From Octopus vulgaris (lineage: Eukaryota): 64,000 bases of DNA. A model generated the notes under the pieces. That model did not search any database. It had not been told where the DNA came from and saw only the letters and a list, made by a program, of their open reading frames with translations. Positions 1 to 13,321 of the stretch are shown here, piece after piece. Position 1 is the stretch's first letter. Every line of letters begins with the position of its first letter. Both the position numbers and the translations under genes were made by a program. The stretch is taken from assembly GCA_951406725.2 (NCBI GenBank), contig OX597815.1, positions 70,618,001-70,682,000 of the forward strand. Reading direction: 5' to 3'.

Positions 1-21
1 ATTGGGGCTTCCGATACTCAA

Positions 22-398
22 GTTTCAAGTTCAATCCACTGCACAGCACCTTGGGTAAGCATCTACTATAGCCCAAGGCTGACCAAGAGCTGATATGGTT
101 AACAAAAAATGTAAACAATCTCGTTGTATATGTGTGTGCATGCGCGCGCGCGTGTCCTTGTCCTGACATCGTGATAGTTGTAAATGAATGCCTCTGTCAT
201 ACAAGCAGTGACGTTCATTTCCAATATTCCCCTGGTTAAGGGGAAATATTACTTTGCTTAGAAACAGGTCAGGGTTGGCGATAGTAAGGGTATTCGGCCG
301 TAGAAAATTTGCCTGAATAAACTCCGTCTGATTCATTTCATGCTAGCATGGAGAAATGGACGCTATAGTGATTATAGTAATGATGCAGTGTAATGATC
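22..398 (+). mobile_element. tRNA-derived SINE (CORE-like body, RTE-type 3' tail), degenerate
   Basis: GTTCAATCC B-box-like motif, then CACCTTGGGTAAG...CTACTATAGCC shared with other SINE copies here. Ends CATGCTAGCATGGAGAAATGGACG followed by a degenerate (ATG)n-like tail. Confidence 0.7.
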
Positions 399-504
399 AC
401 AAACAAGTTATAGAATGGTTAAAATAGATGTGGACAGCGTTTCTCTGAGTAAAAATAATTATTATCACCTTCGGAATCGTATCGCTGTAAAATCTCATTA
501 TTAA

Positions 505-715
505 AGTGGTGAGCTGGTAGAATTGTTTGAGCTTCAGAGAGAATATCCTGTCTTGTAATATTTCTTCTTGTTCTTTACGTTCCAAGTTGAAATCTCACCT
601 TTCCTTACTCCAGGATCAAATAAAGAACTCATCGAGTAATGAGATGGATGCAGTCGACTAAACACCACCGTTCAAAAATTTCTGGCCTTGTGCCTGAATC
701 AGAAGCTGCTATTAA
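505..715 (+). mobile_element. Degenerate SINE of the GGCGAGCTGGCAGAATCG family
   Basis: GTGAGCTGGTAGAATTG head and TGGCCTTGTGCC tail match the copies at 12126-12340 and 48732-48907. Confidence 0.55.
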
Positions 716-1037
716 TGTTATGAGGTAACAAAATCATAGTGTGGCACTAAACTGTAGTTATACTATCATTCGAAAAAAACCCCCAAAACTATGGAGTTAT
801 ATAAAATGAATCGTTATATACTTCAAACACTTTGCTTTCGCAAAACTTTTTAGCAAATCTGTTATGAAGTGAAAAGAAAGTATTTTGATATTCAGTAGTG
901 AAATAAAAATATCTTTTGAAACAATTTATTAAATAACTGAGAAAAATATTGACATATTTGACATAACTAGTAACGTCTGTCCTATGTTGTTAGCTGTGCA
1001 TATTCAAACAGCAGAAATATACAATAACTTTATTCAA

Positions 1038-1393
1038 TCATTTACATAAGACATCGCATTATCAAAAATATAATTGTTTTATTATTTAAGGCCGAAAATG
1101 ATGTTTTAGCAAAATATTAAGACGATATTTTTATCGACTCAAAACTGTTACAAGAGAAAATGGCGGATCGGTACCTAAAAATTGTGTTTGTTGGGGCAAT
1201 CAGACCCCTCGTATCTGACTTGCATTGCCATCTAGAAGATTGAATTTACATAAAAATATACCAGATATTACTATTCTTTAAAATATTGACAGAAAAAATC
1301 GTGAATGGAGAAATGAAAGGCTTAAAATTTAGTGTTGATCATAGCCTACACTGATTGTTCGGAGTAGACAACACGACATTTCTATGGTAATAT
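1038..1393 (+). repeat. Unclassified dispersed repeat, copy 1 (copy 2 at 32051-32394)
   Basis: Colinear with 32051-32394; shared blocks include GAGAAAATGGCG, TCTGACTTGCATTG and GAAAGGCTTAAAAT. Confidence 0.8.
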
Positions 1394-1907
1394 TATATGC
1401 TAGAAGTGTCTCTGAAACAGAATTTCTTTGGTAAAATGTAACCAAATGTCTTTTCTTGGGTTTTCAGAAAATTGGTTAGGTTTTGTTAAGAAACTCCAGC
1501 AATTTACACAAGAAACATATAGACAAATAACACAGTTGTTGTTTGGCTGCCATGCGTGTAGTTGGTCGCACTGTTGATTTGTTTTCTACTACGTCCGCGC
1601 CTAATGCATACCTAGCTGTTTATATCAGAAGTTGTCAAATTCGTCTACATCACCAGCTTTTAACTCGAATATTCTTATTTGTCCTTAGTAAAGAATCATT
1701 TTGATAGATATAAAAATATATGTATATCTAATTCTATCGTTTACTGTTTTGTTGTGTATACATTTTGATTTCTATTATTTTGTGAATTTTAGAAAAATAT
1801 CCTCATCAAAAGACGAAAGAAAATACTCTCATCCTAAAAATGGCACAATGTATCGAATTAATCGTATAAGTCCAAAGGATGTAGAAACAAGAGATGAATT
1901 GAAACTC

Positions 1908-2045
1908 TCCTAGTGGTTAAAACACTAGCTTCGCAACCGAGTGGTTTCTAGTCCGGTTCCACTGTACAGGATCTTGGGTACGTATCTTCTCGTATAGACC
2001 CGGGCTGACTAATACTTTGTGAGTGAATCTGGTAGACAGAAACTA
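1908..2045 (+). mobile_element. CORE-like SINE 5' part, degenerate
   Basis: Resembles the head of the SINE at 55686-56060 (CTTGGG...TCTTCT...TTGTGAGTGAATCTGGTAGACAGAAACT). Confidence 0.6.
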
Positions 2046-2051
2046 TATCTT

Positions 2052-2385
2052 TATTTTTACTTATTTCAGTCATTAGCCAGTGGCCATGCTGGGGCACCGC
2101 CTTAAGGATTTTTAGTCGATTGAATCAACCCCATTAGTTTTTTTTTTTAAGCTTGGTACTTACTCCATCGTAAAGTTATAGGGAGATAAACACATAAACT
2201 CTAGTTGCCAAGTGGCACTTGGGGACAACCCCCCCCACACACTCACACATATACATACGCCGGGCTTCTTTCGGTTTCGGGCTATTAGTAGAAGACACTT
2301 GTCCAAGATGCCGCGCAGTGAGATTGAACCCGGAACCATGCAGATAGGAAGCAAGCTTCCTAACAAATAACCACGACTGCGCATA
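2052..2385 (-). mobile_element. CORE-like SINE with internal deletions
   Basis: Reverse-complement match to 55686-56060 (TTTCAGTCATT...CCATGCTGG; GTAGAAGACACTTG...GGAACCATG). Confidence 0.75.
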
Positions 2386-2388
2386 CAC

Positions 2389-2827
2389 ACAGAGGTCTTT
2401 TAATGATGTTTATTGACTTGATCGGTTTCACCTTTTTAAAAAAAAGATTTTCAAAAGTAAAATGTAAGGCTTTGTGTAGTCTTTATTTTTGTTAAAAAAT
2501 GGTTATCATAGATGTATTAAAATATAGTTATACAGTCTTTGATAATGATAAGAAAATGTTAAGAAATAGAATGTTTGACAATGATAAGAAAATGTTAAGC
2601 AGGGGTTTTTTTTTTTACAAAAAAAAAAAAAAGACCTCTACAGTTTAAAGCCCCTCTAAACATTTTCTTAACATTGTCAAACACTGTATAACTGTATTTT
2701 AATACAACTATGATAACCATTTTTTAACATAACAAAAGCTACATAAAGCCTTACATGCTACTTTTGAAAATCCTTTTTTAAAAAGTGAAACCGGTCAAGT
2801 CATTAAACATCTGTAAAAGACCTCTGC
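2389..2827. repeat. Imperfect inverted repeat (~170-bp arms), Penelope-like terminal fold-back
   Basis: 2389-2560 is the reverse complement of 2659-2827; contains a GAAACCGGTC hammerhead half-motif. Confidence 0.75.
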
Positions 2828-2962
2828 ATTTTCAAAGCCTCTTTCCTATTTATTTTCACTCGTGCGGTACTTTTACTTTGTTTTGTATTTGTCTCCTTTT
2901 ACAGAAACAAAAGGGTTTATAGGACTGCAAAAGAAGTGCTCAAATATAAATGAGACGAAGAT

Positions 2963-3748
2963 AAAGAAGTATTGGTTATAGAACAATCATTAAATTTGGG
3001 TCAACGACTTTACATACAACACCACCTCTCAAACATTTAATCATATATAAAAATCACCATGGTTTTCAAGCACATAAAAAATAATACACATACATAAAAT
3101 CACAGAAGGTAAAAAATATAATCGAATAAAATACAAATAGGACGGCCTATCAAGAAGTTGAATATACACGACTAAAAATTCATAAACTACAAGAAAACAA
3201 ACCTAATAGACAAATATAAAATAAAGACAGAAATAAAATAAAAGTTTTATCAGACGATTAAAATATTAGCAAAGATTTTTTTAAAAAATTCTTTTTAAAT
3301 ATTTGAAAAAAGTTTTATACTTCCCTCACACAAGTACGTCCAAAGTTCATAAGTAAACAGACTTCCACAGGTCAAATTCACATACATCTTGAAAAAAGTC
3401 TTTTGCTCCTCTCACACAAGTACATCCAAAAGTTCATAATAAACTGACTCCAGAGGTCAAATTCAACATTCACATATATCTATCTATGGCCATTTCGGGA
3501 GTTCACTATCGCAGTTCATTTACATTAAAGTGCATCACGGCGATGCCCCCCGACACCCCCTCATCAGGATAAACAGGACACACGCACAGATCAAAACTTT
3601 TTTATGAAAAGATTATACTTTTCATGAAAAGCTTATATAATTTAAAAGAAAAGCCCATCAACGGACCAGTGGTTTTTAAATATGATTAAATGTTTGAGGG
3701 ATGACGTTGATCCAAGTTTAATGTTTGTTCAATAACCAATGCTTCTTT
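2963..3748. mobile_element. Non-autonomous Penelope-derived element with inverted ends
   Basis: 2963-3062 is inverted at about 3666-3748. It has an internal ~90-bp tandem duplication (about 3300-3480) and a hammerhead motif at 3481-3571. Confidence 0.6.
3481..3571 (-). ncRNA. Type I hammerhead ribozyme motif
   Basis: Minus strand reads tatc-CTGATGA-ggggg...ctccc-GAAA-TGGCCA-TA-gata: stem I, both catalytic boxes, stem II, palindromic stem III and an AUA site. Confidence 0.7.
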
Positions 3749-3790
3749 ATATGTATATATATATATATATATGAGAGTGTGTGTGTGTGT

Positions 3791-4892
3791 ATGCATATAT
3801 GGGTACAGGACATCACTAACTATGTAAACAACATGAAGTACGGAAACAAACGAGTTAAATACGCAAACAACGAGAGGAAAAAAATGGAAAACAGGACAAG
3901 TAACAGAGAACGACCCTTCATCAGTTGACGGCTGTCTATCTACTCCTCACTTTGAGTATTCAACGACAATATGAGTCTTCAAAGACAGTCTCTCCCATAA
4001 AATCAAAAATGAAATTTTGGATTTATGGAGGGTCAAAGTTGGAAACAAAAAACAGGACAGTGGAGACATACCATGAAACAGACCGAAAACAAACATGGAG
4101 GGTCTTTAGAACAAAAAGAGAGGAAAATAGTGAACGCTGGAAGAAATATTTTCTTTGAAAAGTGAAAAGATAGAAGAGAGAGATAGAATATGTCCATTCC
4201 TTAGAACGTCGTGCAGGATAAGAAAGATGGTCACCTGAAGAAAAGAAAGATGGACGATGGTCACATGTGAGCAACGAGAGAGAGAGAAAAAGAGTAAGAG
4301 CTGAGAGAGACAGATAGAAAACGGTGAAGGGGTGAAAAAGGGAATTAGAGAAGGATGGAGGAGAAAACAGTATAGAATCGCATCAAGAAGATTAAGATAA
4401 ACTTACTTGGAAATGGATGCATGGCGTTTCTCTCTCGTTGCTCATACGTGACCATCGTCCATCTTTCTTTTCCTCACGTGGTCATCTTTCTTTTCCTGCA
4501 CGACGTTCTAAGGACGGACGTTCTTCTATCTCTCTCTTCTATCTGTTTTCTTTCCAAAGAAAATATTTCTTCCAGCGTTCACTATTTTCCTCTAGTTCTG
4601 GTCTAACTATCCTCCATGTTTGTTTTCGTTCGGCTTCCTTGCATTTCTCCACTTCCTGCTTTTGTTCCCAGCATTGACTCTCCATAAATCCCAAATTCTA
4701 TTTTGGAATTTATGGGAGCAACTGTGTTCGAAGACTCATATTGTCGTTGAATGCTCGAAATGAGGAAGTAGATAGACAGCCGACAATTGATGAAGGGTCG
4801 TTCTCTTTTACTTGTCTTGTTTTCCATTTTTTCTCTCGTTTGTTTTCGTACTTCATGTTGTTTACACAGTTGGTGATGTCATGTACCCACAT

Positions 4893-4896
<4 letters not shown>
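3791..4896. repeat. Large diverged inverted repeat (~480-bp arms)
   Basis: 3791-4285 is the reverse complement of about 4425-4896. The ORF track shows mirror-image peptides (4023-4274 minus vs 4417-4677 plus). Confidence 0.9.
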
Positions 4897-4938
<42 letters not shown>

Positions 4939-5043
4939 TTATTTGGAAGAGGATGCGTGGCGTTCAATCATATAATAATAATAATAATATATATATATAT
5001 ATATATATGCATATATACATACATATATGTACATACATCTATA

Positions 5044-5104
<61 letters not shown>

Positions 5105-5109
<5 letters not shown>

Positions 5110-5386
5110 GATAGGCGTTTTGAGTGTAACCCACTATGGGATATCCAGTATACTGCCAGTAAAGTACTCAGAAGGCTAATACATAAATGCTTAGAATTTC
5201 AATGCAATTACTTCATTTATTGTATTATATGGGCGAAGGTAAAATGTTTTACCTCAAATTCATAATACAAAATAAGAAAATGGAGGAATAGATTTCTTTC
5301 AATTATCAACTTCCAATAAATTATATGAATTGGTATTATCAGGAAGTTGATAATTGAAAGAAATCTATTCCTCCATTTTCTTATTT

Positions 5387-5390
<4 letters not shown>
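5105..5390. mobile_element. Penelope-derived terminal fragment with a perfect 49-bp hairpin
   Basis: 5266-5314 is inverted at 5342-5390. 5105-5285 is related in reverse to about 6750-6935. Flanked by (TA)n. Confidence 0.6.
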
Positions 5391-5453
<63 letters not shown>

Positions 5454-5454
5454 G

Positions 5455-5760
5455 TTTATGAATTTGTGTTGCAAGTTTCCTGACGTGAAGTCGTTTGTTG
5501 AAACAGATATTGTTGTATTCCGAGACGGTCATTTTTTTTTTGTCAAATAAACACCCGCACTATATATTCGATCTTCACTCGTTTATTCTTTCATCACACA
5601 TCTATGACCTCCTGTGAGGAGGTCACAGGTGTGTGACGAAACATTTCCGGACAATGGGTATGAGTTAGAATAAGAATAGTAACAAACGAGTGAAGAACGA
5701 ATATGTAATGCGTGTGTTTATTTGGTAAAAAAAAATTACCATCCTGAAATACAACAATAT
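5455..5760. mobile_element. Fold-back of a Penelope terminal repeat (same family as 8085-10196 and 39525-39730)
   Basis: GTTGAAACAGATATTGTT...CACTATATATT is shared with 8090-8210 and 39525-39640. 5506-5610 is inverted at 5617-5760. Confidence 0.7.
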
Positions 5761-6074
5761 ATGTATATATATATATATAACCCTATTAGCTCCCCTAATT
5801 TCGCTCTTGCGTCTCATGTTTGATCTTTGACTTCTGGCCGAAATCAGATCGCCATGTTGATTCGCTAGCTTTTGCACGCATATTTTTTCTCTCCTTCTTT
5901 CTGTGTTTTTTTTTCTCTATGTATCTTTCTGTTGAAACGTTAAAGACTTGTTTCATTTATATTTCCTGAGCGCCATACTAATACAATTGTTTGTTTGTAT
6001 TCCACCTGCCTTCGTCTTTTGTTTATTTCCGTAAACCTGCCTTCGTCTTTTGTCTATTTTCATAAAGCTTCCCG

Positions 6075-6762
<688 letters not shown>

Positions 6763-6940
6763 GTAGTATTAATTTACGGTAATATTATTACCTTTGCCCA
6801 TATAATACAATAGATGAACTAATTACTTGGCAATTTTTAACATCTATGTATTAGTCTTGTTGGGTACCTATCTAGCAGTATATTGGATATATGTTATCCC
6901 ATGGTGGGTTGAATTTTTCAATCCCTATCTCATTTTATAA

Positions 6941-7099
<159 letters not shown>

Positions 7100-7558
7100 C
7101 ATAGAGATGGAAATAGCCAAAGAAGTAAATCTAAGACATTTCAATTTAAGAAGGAATTCAATAAAATTATTTTAAAACTATATAAAGAAAATATTACCCG
7201 TTTCGATGACGAATCTCATCTTATCAAATATCAGTAAAAATTTATATCTTCTGTCTGGAGGTCAATAACATGTCTGGAGTTTTTCGTTAGTCTTCTTTGA
7301 ATAAAGCTTGGTATAGAGTTCAAGGTGTTAGAGAGAAAGAGAGGGGGTGTAGTTGTCTATTATCTAAAAGAAATCTTTATGGATTCTTGTAATTTATTAA
7401 ATGGCTTTTATATATAAGTAATTATTTGGACCCAGGATATATGTTTTGTACCATACCGATTAGAGCACTTTCACCGTTTAGGCTACCTGATGTCATCCAC
7501 ACTTACGATACTATTGTCACTGGATCTACGTCAGGAATTCCGTTGTGTTTGTTGCGTT

Positions 7559-7840
7559 TATAATGAGTGAGGGAAACGGAAATGCATTTAGGAAGAATAT
7601 TTACTCAACACAACGATCGTTTCGACCCATCCTGCATCTCTCCCTTACGGGTAGGATACTGTACATCTAACTGTTGCATCCATCAATACAGGCATGTTGT
7701 GGTCGCCTGTATTATGTTGGCTACAATGACAGTAGATGGAAATGATTTCGGTGTTGTAACCTGTAGATGGATCTGGCTATAGTTCGCAGTGAAGATTCTT
7801 GCTAAATCCATTTTCCGTTTCCCTTCCCTGACTCATTATA
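7559..7840. repeat. Short element with ~40-bp imperfect inverted ends
   Basis: TATAATGAGT...GGAAACGGAAATGCATTTAGGAAGAAT is inverted at 7795-7840. A GAAACGATCGT half-hammerhead lies on the minus strand at about 7612-7624. Confidence 0.55.
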
Positions 7841-8047
7841 TATAGAGAGAGTTGCCTCTTTTAGGTATATCCCATTGACAAGAGTCAATAAACTCAAAAC
7901 ATCGATGTCTGGGATTCTTGATAGATGGCGACACTGAGCAAACTGGGAGTTTTCAAACCTTTTATTATATGAGAGATATTTTCTCCACAGAAACTGCAGT
8001 ATATATGCCCTTTAGCAGATGAAATACATCACAAACATATTCTACTA

Positions 8048-8081
<34 letters not shown>

Positions 8082-8084
8082 GTT

Positions 8085-10188
8085 TAAATATTTGTTGTGC
8101 AAGATTTTTTATGTGAAGTCATGTGTTGAAACAGATATTGTTATATTTCGGAATGGTCATATTGCCAGTTTAGCCAATAAAAACACACGCACTATATATT
8201 TGGTGTTATTTTGCACATGCACTAGGAGCTAGTATAAGAGTTACCCTAAAAGGCCACACATTTAAATTTAATAATAAAATATATGCCCAGGACGAGGGGG
8301 CAGCCATCGGTGTTAGTATCGCTGGTGATGTGGCCAACCTCTTCATGGTATGGTGGGACAGAAGGCTTAAAGAATGCCTACTGCAGAAATCCATACTCGT
8401 AAACATGTACTCTCGCTATGTTGATGATATCAATATAGTAGTAAAGGCACCCCCACAAGAGAGTACTGTTGATATAGTAATAGAAACTAATACTATGGAG
8501 AGCATCCAGCAAATAGCTAACTCCATCCACCAGAGTATTAAGGTCACAATAGACTACCCCACTAAACACCCCAACCATAGACTACCAGTACTAGACACTG
8601 AACTCTGGCTAGAAATTGTGAAAAATAAAACCCAAATCCTTCATTCATACTATGCAAAACCTATGGCCTCAAAATACCTGATCCACCGGAACTCAGCCAT
8701 TGCGGGCAATGCCAAATTCAATATTTTGATGGCAGACCTCGTCAGAATAATGAGAAATGTGTCACGCATGTGCGAGCCTACAGAATTAAAGAGACACATA
8801 CAGTATTTCATTCACCGCATGCAGTTCTCAGGTTACAGCCATAAAGAAAGGATCAGAGTATACAAAGGAGCCATGAAGAAATTTGATAATATATTATGTA
8901 ATGATAGGAATGGGATTTGCCCACTCTATAGGAATAAGTCATGGAACACTATAGAAAGGACAAAAAAGAAAATAGGGAAGGCCAACTCTTGGTATGATAG
9001 CCATAAATACCAGAGTGTCATGTTCGTTGACACCACCCCTGGAGGTGAACTAGCGTACCGCTTTAGAAGGACCCTAGATAAACTTAAACTAAGAATTAAG
9101 GTTGTTGAAAAGCCAGGCAACCCTATCAGATCTATAATTGGTAGAAGCTATCCTTTTAGTAGAACTCTCTGTACGGATAACTATTGCACTGTATGTAGAT
9201 TTAGCCCACAAACGAACTGTAAAGCCAGAAATGTGGTCTATAGTATAAGATGTATAGAGGGACGATGCAGTAACAAGACAGTAACATACGTAGGGGAAAC
9301 TGCAAGAAGCATTGGTGAGCGGGTGAATGAACATTGGAGACAACTCAAGGAAGGTAAAAGCTCATCGATTCTGTACCAACACGCCGAACAAGAACACGGG
9401 GGATCAATCAATAACATAGAGATTAAGATATTGTCCACACATAGAACAGATGCAACAATTAGACAAATTACAGAAGCTACATATATAATAGAAAATAAAC
9501 CTAGCCTGAATAGAAAACTAGAATGGAGCAATAGCGCACACCACAACATATGACAATAGTGGATCCTGCAAACATAATAAATACACAGGTAATTAAAGAA
9601 ATAGAAATGAATATCTATATGTGTATGTATGTGTGTATATATGTATGTATATGTATATGTATATGTATGTATATATATATATGTATATGTATATATATAT
9701 TTTTTTTTTTTTCGATTTTTTTCGATTAGATTTATTATTATTATTACTAATATTGTTGTTATACATACAAACATATGTAATGATAATAATGGGTGGATGT
9801 AAACACATGAACAAAATTAGAACAAAAGCAACAACAACAAAAACAAAATACAAATTACAAGAATGTATATAACCAGAAGATACAAATATTACAGGCATCC
9901 CCCCACACACACTAAATAAACATAGACGCACATAGAGATATAAGCATGCGCAAATGAAGACATACAATAGAAATACAAAATGGCTGACGGTTAGTAAGGA
10001 GAGACACAAGTAAGTGAGAAGAAAACAAAGGACCACTGATGCGGTCACAGGAGTGTGACGAAAGAACTTTGGCCGAAATAAGATTAAGATTAATGTAAAA
10101 AATAAATATCACTGAAGCAAAATAACACCAAATATATAGTGCGTGTGTTTTTATTGGCTAAACTGGCAATATGACCATTCCGAAATAT

Positions 10189-10196
<8 letters not shown>
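8085..10196 (+). mobile_element. 5'-truncated Penelope-like element with inverted terminal repeat
   Basis: A perfect 80-bp inverted repeat (8135-8214 / 10117-10196) brackets an RT-GIY-YIG ORF. Both ends lie in (TA)n. Confidence 0.92.
8216..9553 (+). CDS. Penelope-like RT (C-terminal half), Cys-rich linker and GIY-YIG endonuclease; 5'-truncated
   Basis: Frame is open upstream of the listed ORF (FKFNNKIYAQDEGAAIG). Motifs: RYVDD, LPVLD, CTDNYCTVC linker, VVY...YVGET.R...R..EH, E...I.....PSLN. Confidence 0.92.
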   Translation, partial: HALGASIRVTLKGHTFKFNNKIYAQDEGAAIGVSIAGDVANLFMVWWDRRLKECLLQKSILVNMYSRYVDDINIVVKAPPQESTVDIVIETNTMESIQQIANSIHQSIKVTIDYPTKHPNHRLPVLDTELWLEIVKNKTQILHSYYAKPMASKYLIHRNSAIAGNAKFNILMADLVRIMRNVSRMCEPTELKRHIQYFIHRMQFSGYSHKERIRVYKGAMKKFDNILCNDRNGICPLYRNKSWNTIERTKKKIGKANSWYDSHKYQSVMFVDTTPGGELAYRFRRTLDKLKLRIKVVEKPGNPIRSIIGRSYPFSRTLCTDNYCTVCRFSPQTNCKARNVVYSIRCIEGRCSNKTVTYVGETARSIGERVNEHWRQLKEGKSSSILYQHAEQEHGGSINNIEIKILSTHRTDATIRQITEATYIIENKPSLNRKLEWSNSAHHNI

Positions 10197-10244
<48 letters not shown>

Positions 10245-10464
10245 TCAGTTGTGAGACCTTAATAAGCTCAGTATAGAAAACATGAGTAGTGTTCAAACGA
10301 ATTTGAACTTAAATTCCGACTCTTCAACAGGGCAAGACCCACGGCATCAAGAGTGGCTATAAGAGAAAACCAAATTGAGCTGTTATGGGGGTAGTATGGT
10401 AAATGAACACAATTAAACTTGATACATATATTTACATAGAGCACAAAAATACAAAACAAAAAAA

Positions 10465-10498
<34 letters not shown>

Positions 10499-10559
10499 TG
10501 TGTAATGTTTCTCTCCCCTCTCTCTCTCTCTATCTCACTTTCTTTCCTACATTTAAAGA

Positions 10560-11250
10560 TGTCTAAAATCTGATATGAAAATTTTTCATTTGTCAATGGT
10601 ACAGAAATGATTAGACAACGAGAAAAGTGCCAGACTGGTAATGCATGAACACGTGATTGACTCAGTAGCTAGTGATACATACTATCTTAAGAGTATTTTA
10701 TTCAGTAATGAAGCTAATTTTCTTGATAGTGGTGGTGGTGGTTGGATGTGTCTACAAATTTAAGTATCGAGTATGGGGTTAAGAAAGCTCTTTCGAAACA
10801 CTTGATGAAAATCTTCACGAATGACCTGATCTTTGCTTCCAATCATCAAAAGTTATCACAGTACAGCAGCTTTTTGGTAGCTATATATATTTTTTGTTGA
10901 CATTACTATATTTTTGAAAGATAGTTTGGTTCCAGATATGAAACACAAAGGGATTTGTTCAAGCTCTTTTCTAGAGCATGATGATTCATCTTTATACTGT
11001 TGCTTCAATATACGGCAGTTCTTTAATACAAAATTTCCAGGTTATAAGTGAGGTAAAGATAGACTGATCTTTTGGTCACCTAGACGCCTTGATCTCACTC
11101 ACTCGGAATTCTATTTTTTAGTGGGTTATAATCATGATCAGTTCTATCTGCAATCACAGATTTTGAACATTTGAAGCTAAGAATTGTAGATTTTGAACAT
11201 TTAAAACTGAGAATGTAGCAGTTGATATGTCAATATTGTATAAAGCATGG
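10560..11250 (+). pseudogene. Highly decayed Tc1/mariner-superfamily transposase
   Basis: Manual translation gives ILFSNEANF (about 10695, cf. FSDEAHF) and WSPRRLDLTHSEFY (about 11073, cf. WPPRSPDLTPLDF). Confidence 0.65.
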
Positions 11251-12125
11251 TGTCGAGTGTTTTGAATCTTATATTTTATAAAATAAAATTGTTATTTAAA
11301 ATATGCAAAGATTTTTCTTGGTACATTTGTAGATAGATTTATTAATATTGATTTCAAAGTTTGGCAGAATGTCAGCAATTTAGTGGGAGGAGTTAAGTCG
11401 ATTACATCGACTGGTACTTATTTGCCCGGCGTGCTAACGATTCTGCATAACACCGACTTGTTAGATTTGTAGCGAGCTCTAGTGAGCTTCCTCTCTTATA
11501 TTAAGTACATACGAACGTATCAGGTAACAGCTAGCCTTTGGAGCTGTTTTGGACCCCGTTGTGTCTACCACTCCGATTGGTTGATATTGGCGTAATTTGT
11601 CTCATACTCTATCGCATGCCAGTATGTAACCCAACCAATCACAGCCTGCAAATAAGTCATATGAGACAGTCTGTTTCAAACAAGTATTTGAGCCTACCCC
11701 TCAGCTATGAAAGCTCACCTCTTCCTATGCTCGACGTCAGTTGGTTCTATACTTTTTAAGGTCTAACCATTGACCACCTTGCAGCGACCTCCATCTTCGT
11801 CGCCACACCAGATGTCTCTCACCAATGTCGTCAACATCTACACAGCACCAACACACTGCTCTGTTTCCTACATCGCTGTTCGTGAGCTTCTCACCAGGGT
11901 TCACAGCTTACATACAACCCATACAGATGCCTATAGATATATATGAAAGTCCATCTACAATTCTATTCATCATTCCATTGTGTATGTGCGTGTGACCACA
12001 ATAAACGCGTTAAAGTCATTTCCTTGTGTTTTATATATTCTTCACCGGATACCTATCTCCACAATAACATTAGATGACACCACATTCCATAACATCTAAA
12101 GATTTATTAATATTACAGTGCCAAA

Positions 12126-12340
12126 ATGTGGCGAGTTGGCAGAATCGTTGGCACGCCGGGCAAAATACTTAGTGGTATTTCGTCCGTCTTTACGTTCTTA
12201 GTTAAAATTCCGCCGAGGTTGACTTTGCCTTTCATTCTTTCAGATTCGATAAAATAATTACCAGTTGAGCACTGGGGTCGATGTAATCGTCTTAACCCCA
12301 TCCCCCCTAAATTGCTGGCCTTGTGCTAAAATTTGAAACC
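12126..12340 (+). mobile_element. Full-length tRNA-derived SINE (Nin/Deu-like core) with 17-bp TSD
   Basis: GGCGAGTTGGCAGAATCG head and GACTTTGCCTTTCAT...CGATAAAAT...ACCAG core. TSD AATATTACA(G/A)TGCCAAA at 12109-12125 and 12341-12357. Confidence 0.88.
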
Positions 12341-13268
12341 AATATTACAATGCCAAAGGGATTTTAGAATCGCTTTGTAAATTTCCATAGAACTTAACTC
12401 GCTTTTATGAAAACTGCCATATCCAAGAAGAAAAGAACTTTATTAGAGAAGAAAGAAAAAAGACCTTAATATTTATTACAAAAGACTTGCGAACAATTCT
12501 GATCTGTCGCTAATACCTCTGGCTGTTGAAGCATAAGATGTATGTGAAACGTATGTATTTTTGCATTTTATTCTAGATACAAGTTATTCTTAAAGACCGT
12601 ATGAGCTAATAATGTGTATACATGCTGACTTCTTCGGCTGGATTTGCTGCAACGCAATAACGTGTTGAAATTTCACGATCTATTATTATTTGAGCTCTTA
12701 ATTACTGTGGCAGTATATTTTTATGTGTTTTTTAAACCAAATTTTTACAAACTATTTTCATAACGTTTCTACTTCGAGTTCAACTGTTAGGAACAAATTA
12801 TTTCATGTTCTCTCATTGTTTCTAACTTCTTATGACCTCCTCACTCTCTCTCTCTCGTTATATATATATATATATATATATAAAGGGGCAAATCGAATTT
12901 CATTGTCTATATTTAGACATGCTTCAAACACTCAGACTTGCAGCAAAATATTTCATATTTGGAAGAACTTTCGAAAGCTACTCACTTTTACTGTCAATCC
13001 AAGTCTTCCTCTCTTTCTCTCTTTATCTCTCGCGCGTGCGTACACCGACCCATTAATACATCGGCAGTAATATACATTTACTTTAGGAATTGAACGCTTT
13101 CACCAATATTGTTTCTTGGGTATCTGTCAAGCGATATGAAAAGAAGAGAAAAACAAGTGAGGTTTGAAAAGGAAACCGGTGAAATGTTAGTATAAAAGTC
13201 TTTTCATTGAATACTCTTTGCTTCTTTCTTGGTATTATTCTTTCAAACGAGGAATACATACATACATG

Positions 13269-13321
<53 letters not shown>

